Source: Paramoeba atlantica
Lineage: Eukaryota > Protista > Discosea
NCBI GenBank assembly: GCA_977017575.1
Contig: CDRNVI010000109.1
Span: 1-48,265, forward strand
Reading direction: 5' to 3'
Length of the DNA stretch: 48,265 nt
Shown: piece by piece, positions 45,500 through 48,265 of the stretch
Numbering within the stretch: position 1 is the first letter of the stretch
Layout: every line of letters begins with the position of its first letter
Made by a program: the position numbers and the translations under genes
Notes under the pieces: model-generated
The model's input: only the letters and a program-made list of their open reading frames with translations
The model's database searches: none
What the model was told of the DNA's origin: nothing

Positions 45500-46177
45500 T
45501 ATTAGCTCCAATGGCCTCCAGCCTCCGGAAAATGGTGCCATATTTTTCGAGTTGTTGAACTAATTTGGAACTTACGGATTGATTCTCTCCAACAAAGGCA
45601 CCGAGAAATTTGGCGGCTTTTGCTTCTGTTGAAATGCCTTGACACTCTAGAGTATCAAAAAAAAAGAGTATCAGGCATTTCTAGAGTATCAGGCATTGCG
45701 ATGTTATTCTTGCCGGTGAACCAAACGCATTTTTGGCATGACAGCTCTATTCTTTTCTCCTGAAGAAGTACCTTAAACCGATGGAAAGCCGTGCTAATGA
45801 GCGCAGGGTCTTTAGAAGCAAAATTTACGTCATCGATGTATGCATAGATATATAGTTCGGGAAATTCTTGTGCCATCATTTCCCGCAATGGCTGGAAAAA
45901 CATACAGAAGTATAACGTAGATAACGATGAACTCTGTCGGACCCCTAATGTGCTATTAACCATACAGTCTTTGGAATGGTTTCATCGTGTGGAAGGCAAA
46001 CATTGCTTTCGCAATGTCGTCGCGGGTGGGGGCCTTCAAGGCATTCTTGACATCCAGAGAAAGAATTGCGTGTCCGTCATTGTACAAAGCGTGTAGTTTA
46101 TGGGCCACTTGTTCACATCCTCCGTTCATCATTACGCCGTGTTGCATTGGCTTGAAGCGCACGTAGTCTAACGGTTA

Positions 46178-46249
46178 GCGCACGTAGTCTAACGGTTAGG
46201 ATGCTTGCCTTCCAAGCACGCGGAACGGGTTCGACTCCCGGCGTGCGCG
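46178..46249 (+). tRNA. Eukaryotic-type tRNA-Gly(TCC), probably a retrocopy; its first 21 nt are also duplicated at 46157-46177
   Basis: Acceptor stem GCGCACG/CGTGCGC, anticodon loop CTTCCAA, T-loop GGTTCGACTCC, no CCA, followed by TTTT. Confidence 0.85.
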
Positions 46250-46257
46250 TTTTGCAA

Positions 46258-46920
46258 GGCGGAGGTGGCCGAGTGGCAAGAATTCAAAGTTTGAAGCACA
46301 TGATGCTCAGACGGCGAGTTCAAACCCGCTCATCGCAATATTCCTGGCGGCCTCACTCTAAGAGGCTGGGCTGAGAACCGACTAGGCCCAGTACTCGGAG
46401 GACCGTCCCGGACCCTCCCCTCAGGGAACTAGCACCCTTACCCGGCTTACAAAATCCAAAAATCCAAATCATTCCGGATTGCTCCGGATGGTCAATGGCA
46501 AGCCAGACCCTTCACAGACAGATTTGGAAGTTCCGAGGCCGACAGGGCTGGTTCCCTGAGGGGAGGGTCCGGGACGGTCCTCCGAGTACTGGGCCTAGTC
46601 GGTTCTCAGCCCAGCCTCTTAGAGCGAGGCCGCCGGGAATATTGCGATGAGCGGGTTTGAACTCGCCGTCTGAGCACCATGTGCTTGAAACTTTGAATTC
46701 TTGCCACTCCGCCACCTCCGCCCGGCTTACGCCTCTTGGGTGTGCCGTGTTGACGTACAGTTCGTCGACGCATCGTGTTGGCAACAGCACGTTGGTGCCG
46801 CCTTGGGCAAGCGGAAACTGGTAGAGGACGTCGGCCTCGGAACTTCCAAATCTGTCTGTGAAGGGTCTGGCTTGCCAGTGACCATCCGGAGCAATCCGGA
46901 ATGATTTTGATTTTTTTTTT
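46258..46920 (+). mobile_element. SINE-A, full length, containing a nested inverted SINE-A
   Basis: Head 46258-46450 and tail 46731-46920. Confidence 0.85.
46451..46720 (-). mobile_element. SINE-A, internally deleted, nested in another SINE-A
   Basis: 10-bp TSD CCCGGCTTAC (46441-46450 / 46721-46730). Confidence 0.85.
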
Positions 46921-47142
46921 GACTCGAAGAGACTTTATAGAGTTCCTTCGTCGCTTTGTAGCAGAACAAGGCCAGCAAGTTTTAGGAGGATTTCTCCTAT
47001 CGCACTAGGCCGTACGCGACCTTCGGCTTTGGGGAGGGCAACAAGTCGAGCGCGTCGCAGGCGTGTCATGAGCTGTTTGGACAGACACCCATTGATTAAA
47101 TCGAGAAGCATGTGGCTTAAGTATATGCAACAGACTTCCATC

Positions 47143-47820
47143 CGTAATACTTCTTGACAATTCTTCCCCTTTTGATGCGGTGCGGGCGTAGTTGGTAGAC
47201 GGTGGGCCTTACAACCTGTAGGTTGTTTGTTCGATTCCCGCTATCGACAAAACTCGCAACCTGGTGGCCTCACTATAAAGGGAAAGCGATCAGAAGTGCC
47301 TTCAAGGCCCACACCCAACCCCGCTCCCCTGGAGGACCGACCCGGAACCGCAGAGCTGAGCCAGGCTCCAGCGCAGCCGCTAAATTGCGAGCTGCTTACG
47401 CAAAGAAGGCTTGAGACACAGCCTACACGATGCAACGGGTTGGGCGCCAGTCCTGGTAGCTACGGTTGGGTAGCCGTTCTCGGGCCGCAAGGCGTCGAGT
47501 GCCGTCTGGGAAGGGGGTAGCAAGACGATGAAGGTCGGTGGGCCTGAGACTCTACCCTAACGGTTGGCGCTGCAGAGCCCTCCGTGTTCTTCTTCTTCTT
47601 CTTCTTTCTTCTTCTTCTTCTTCTTCTTCTTCTTCTTCTTCTTCTTCTTCTTCTTCTTCTTCTTCTTCTTCTCTTCTTCTTCTTCTTCTTCTTCTTCTTC
47701 TTCTTCTTCTTCTTCTTCTTCTTCTTCTTCTTCTTCTTCTTTCTTCTTCTTCTTCTTCTTCTTCTTCTTCTTCTTCTTCTTCTTCTTCTTCTTCTTCTTC
47801 TTCTTCTTCTTCTTCTTCTT

Positions 47821-47850
<30 letters not shown>
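47143..47850 (+). mobile_element. tRNA-derived SINE-B with (TTC)n tail
   Basis: A-box-like GGCGTAGTTGG 47185-47195; B box GTTCGATTCC 47229-47238; degenerate tRNA-Val(TAC)-like head; cleanly interrupts the CRE RT frame. Confidence 0.75.
47587..47850. repeat. (TTC)n microsatellite, about 264 bp
   Basis: Direct reading; a few single-base phase slips. Confidence 0.98.
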
Positions 47851-47851
<1 letters not shown>

Positions 47852-48265
47852 TCTAACAGTAGACGAATGATGCCGTCGGTCAGTCCTGTGGGGCCTTGTG
47901 CTGCCCCCTTTGCCAAACGACGTCCTACGAAACGGAGCTCCTAGGTTGTAATGCATGCGATTTGGGGTGCATCATGAGGCAACTGAAATGTAATCGGGCC
48001 ATCCGGATGCAATGCTTTAAGCTGGGAGAAAATTTCTTCGTCGGATATAGTGTTTGGCTTGATTTTCCTGTCTAGTACTTTAGTAGCTTTTTAGACTGCA
48101 CCTTCCAGCACGAATCGAATAGCTTTTTTAATTGCTCGTTTGTCGATTTCTTGTTAAAGCGATGTGGTTGATTCAAGGTTTTCTTTCAGTGGACGTCGCC
48201 GTCTGCGTTTGGCCTCGGCTATCTTGACGGTTGTGAGTGAGTACTTAACGGCTGATAAGGCGCGA

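Larger units (their letters stand above)
45501..48265 (-). mobile_element. CRE-like retrotransposon (family of 23500-27319), 5' and middle part, interrupted by two SINE blocks and continuing past the window
   Basis: GKGAAQGPTGLTDGIIRLLLD | EVCCIYLSHMLLDLING...RLVALPK...RPSAIGE | PMQHGV...DVKNA...AYIDD...KFLGAFVGE rejoins after removing 47143-47850 and 46157-46920. Confidence 0.82.

Noticed and set aside
46157-46249. tRNA-targeted insertion of the CRE element
   Set aside because: The CRE RT frame continues on the far side (46921 onward), so the tRNA-SINE block inserted into the CRE rather than the reverse.
47178-47250. Functional tRNA-Val(TAC)
   Set aside because: The anticodon and acceptor stems pair poorly; treated as the SINE-B head.
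47538-47944. Poly-K/E/S/F/L ORFs
   Set aside because: Artefacts of the (TTC)n tract.

Overview
The window is chimeric. About 1-12,260 is bacterial (Gammaproteobacteria-like). It holds a kinase-like/LRR putative effector, tRNA-Ser(GGA), dapE, dapD, an RND efflux pair, an OTU-deubiquitinase-like putative effector and a truncated IS3. Almost every gene is frameshifted, and the shifts I checked by hand fall in homopolymers, so they are probably long-read errors. From ~12,300 to the end the sequence is a eukaryotic nest of transposons. Its core is a large Helitron (30,135-44,497: zinc-finger array, HUH Rep, PIF1 helicase, RRM cargo) with about ten copies of a matching non-autonomous palindromic cassette. 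Also present are several CRE-like (RT plus restriction-like endonuclease) retrotransposons, an RTE-like LINE that unusually carries RNase H, and a Tc1-like fragment. Two tRNA-derived SINE families share a conserved, base-paired core, and there is a tRNA-Gly/SINE chimeric retrocopy. The strongest novelty candidates are the Helitron/palindromic-cassette system, the shared SINE core, and the RNase H-bearing RTE-like LINE. All alignments, counts and translations were done by eye; no database search was run.
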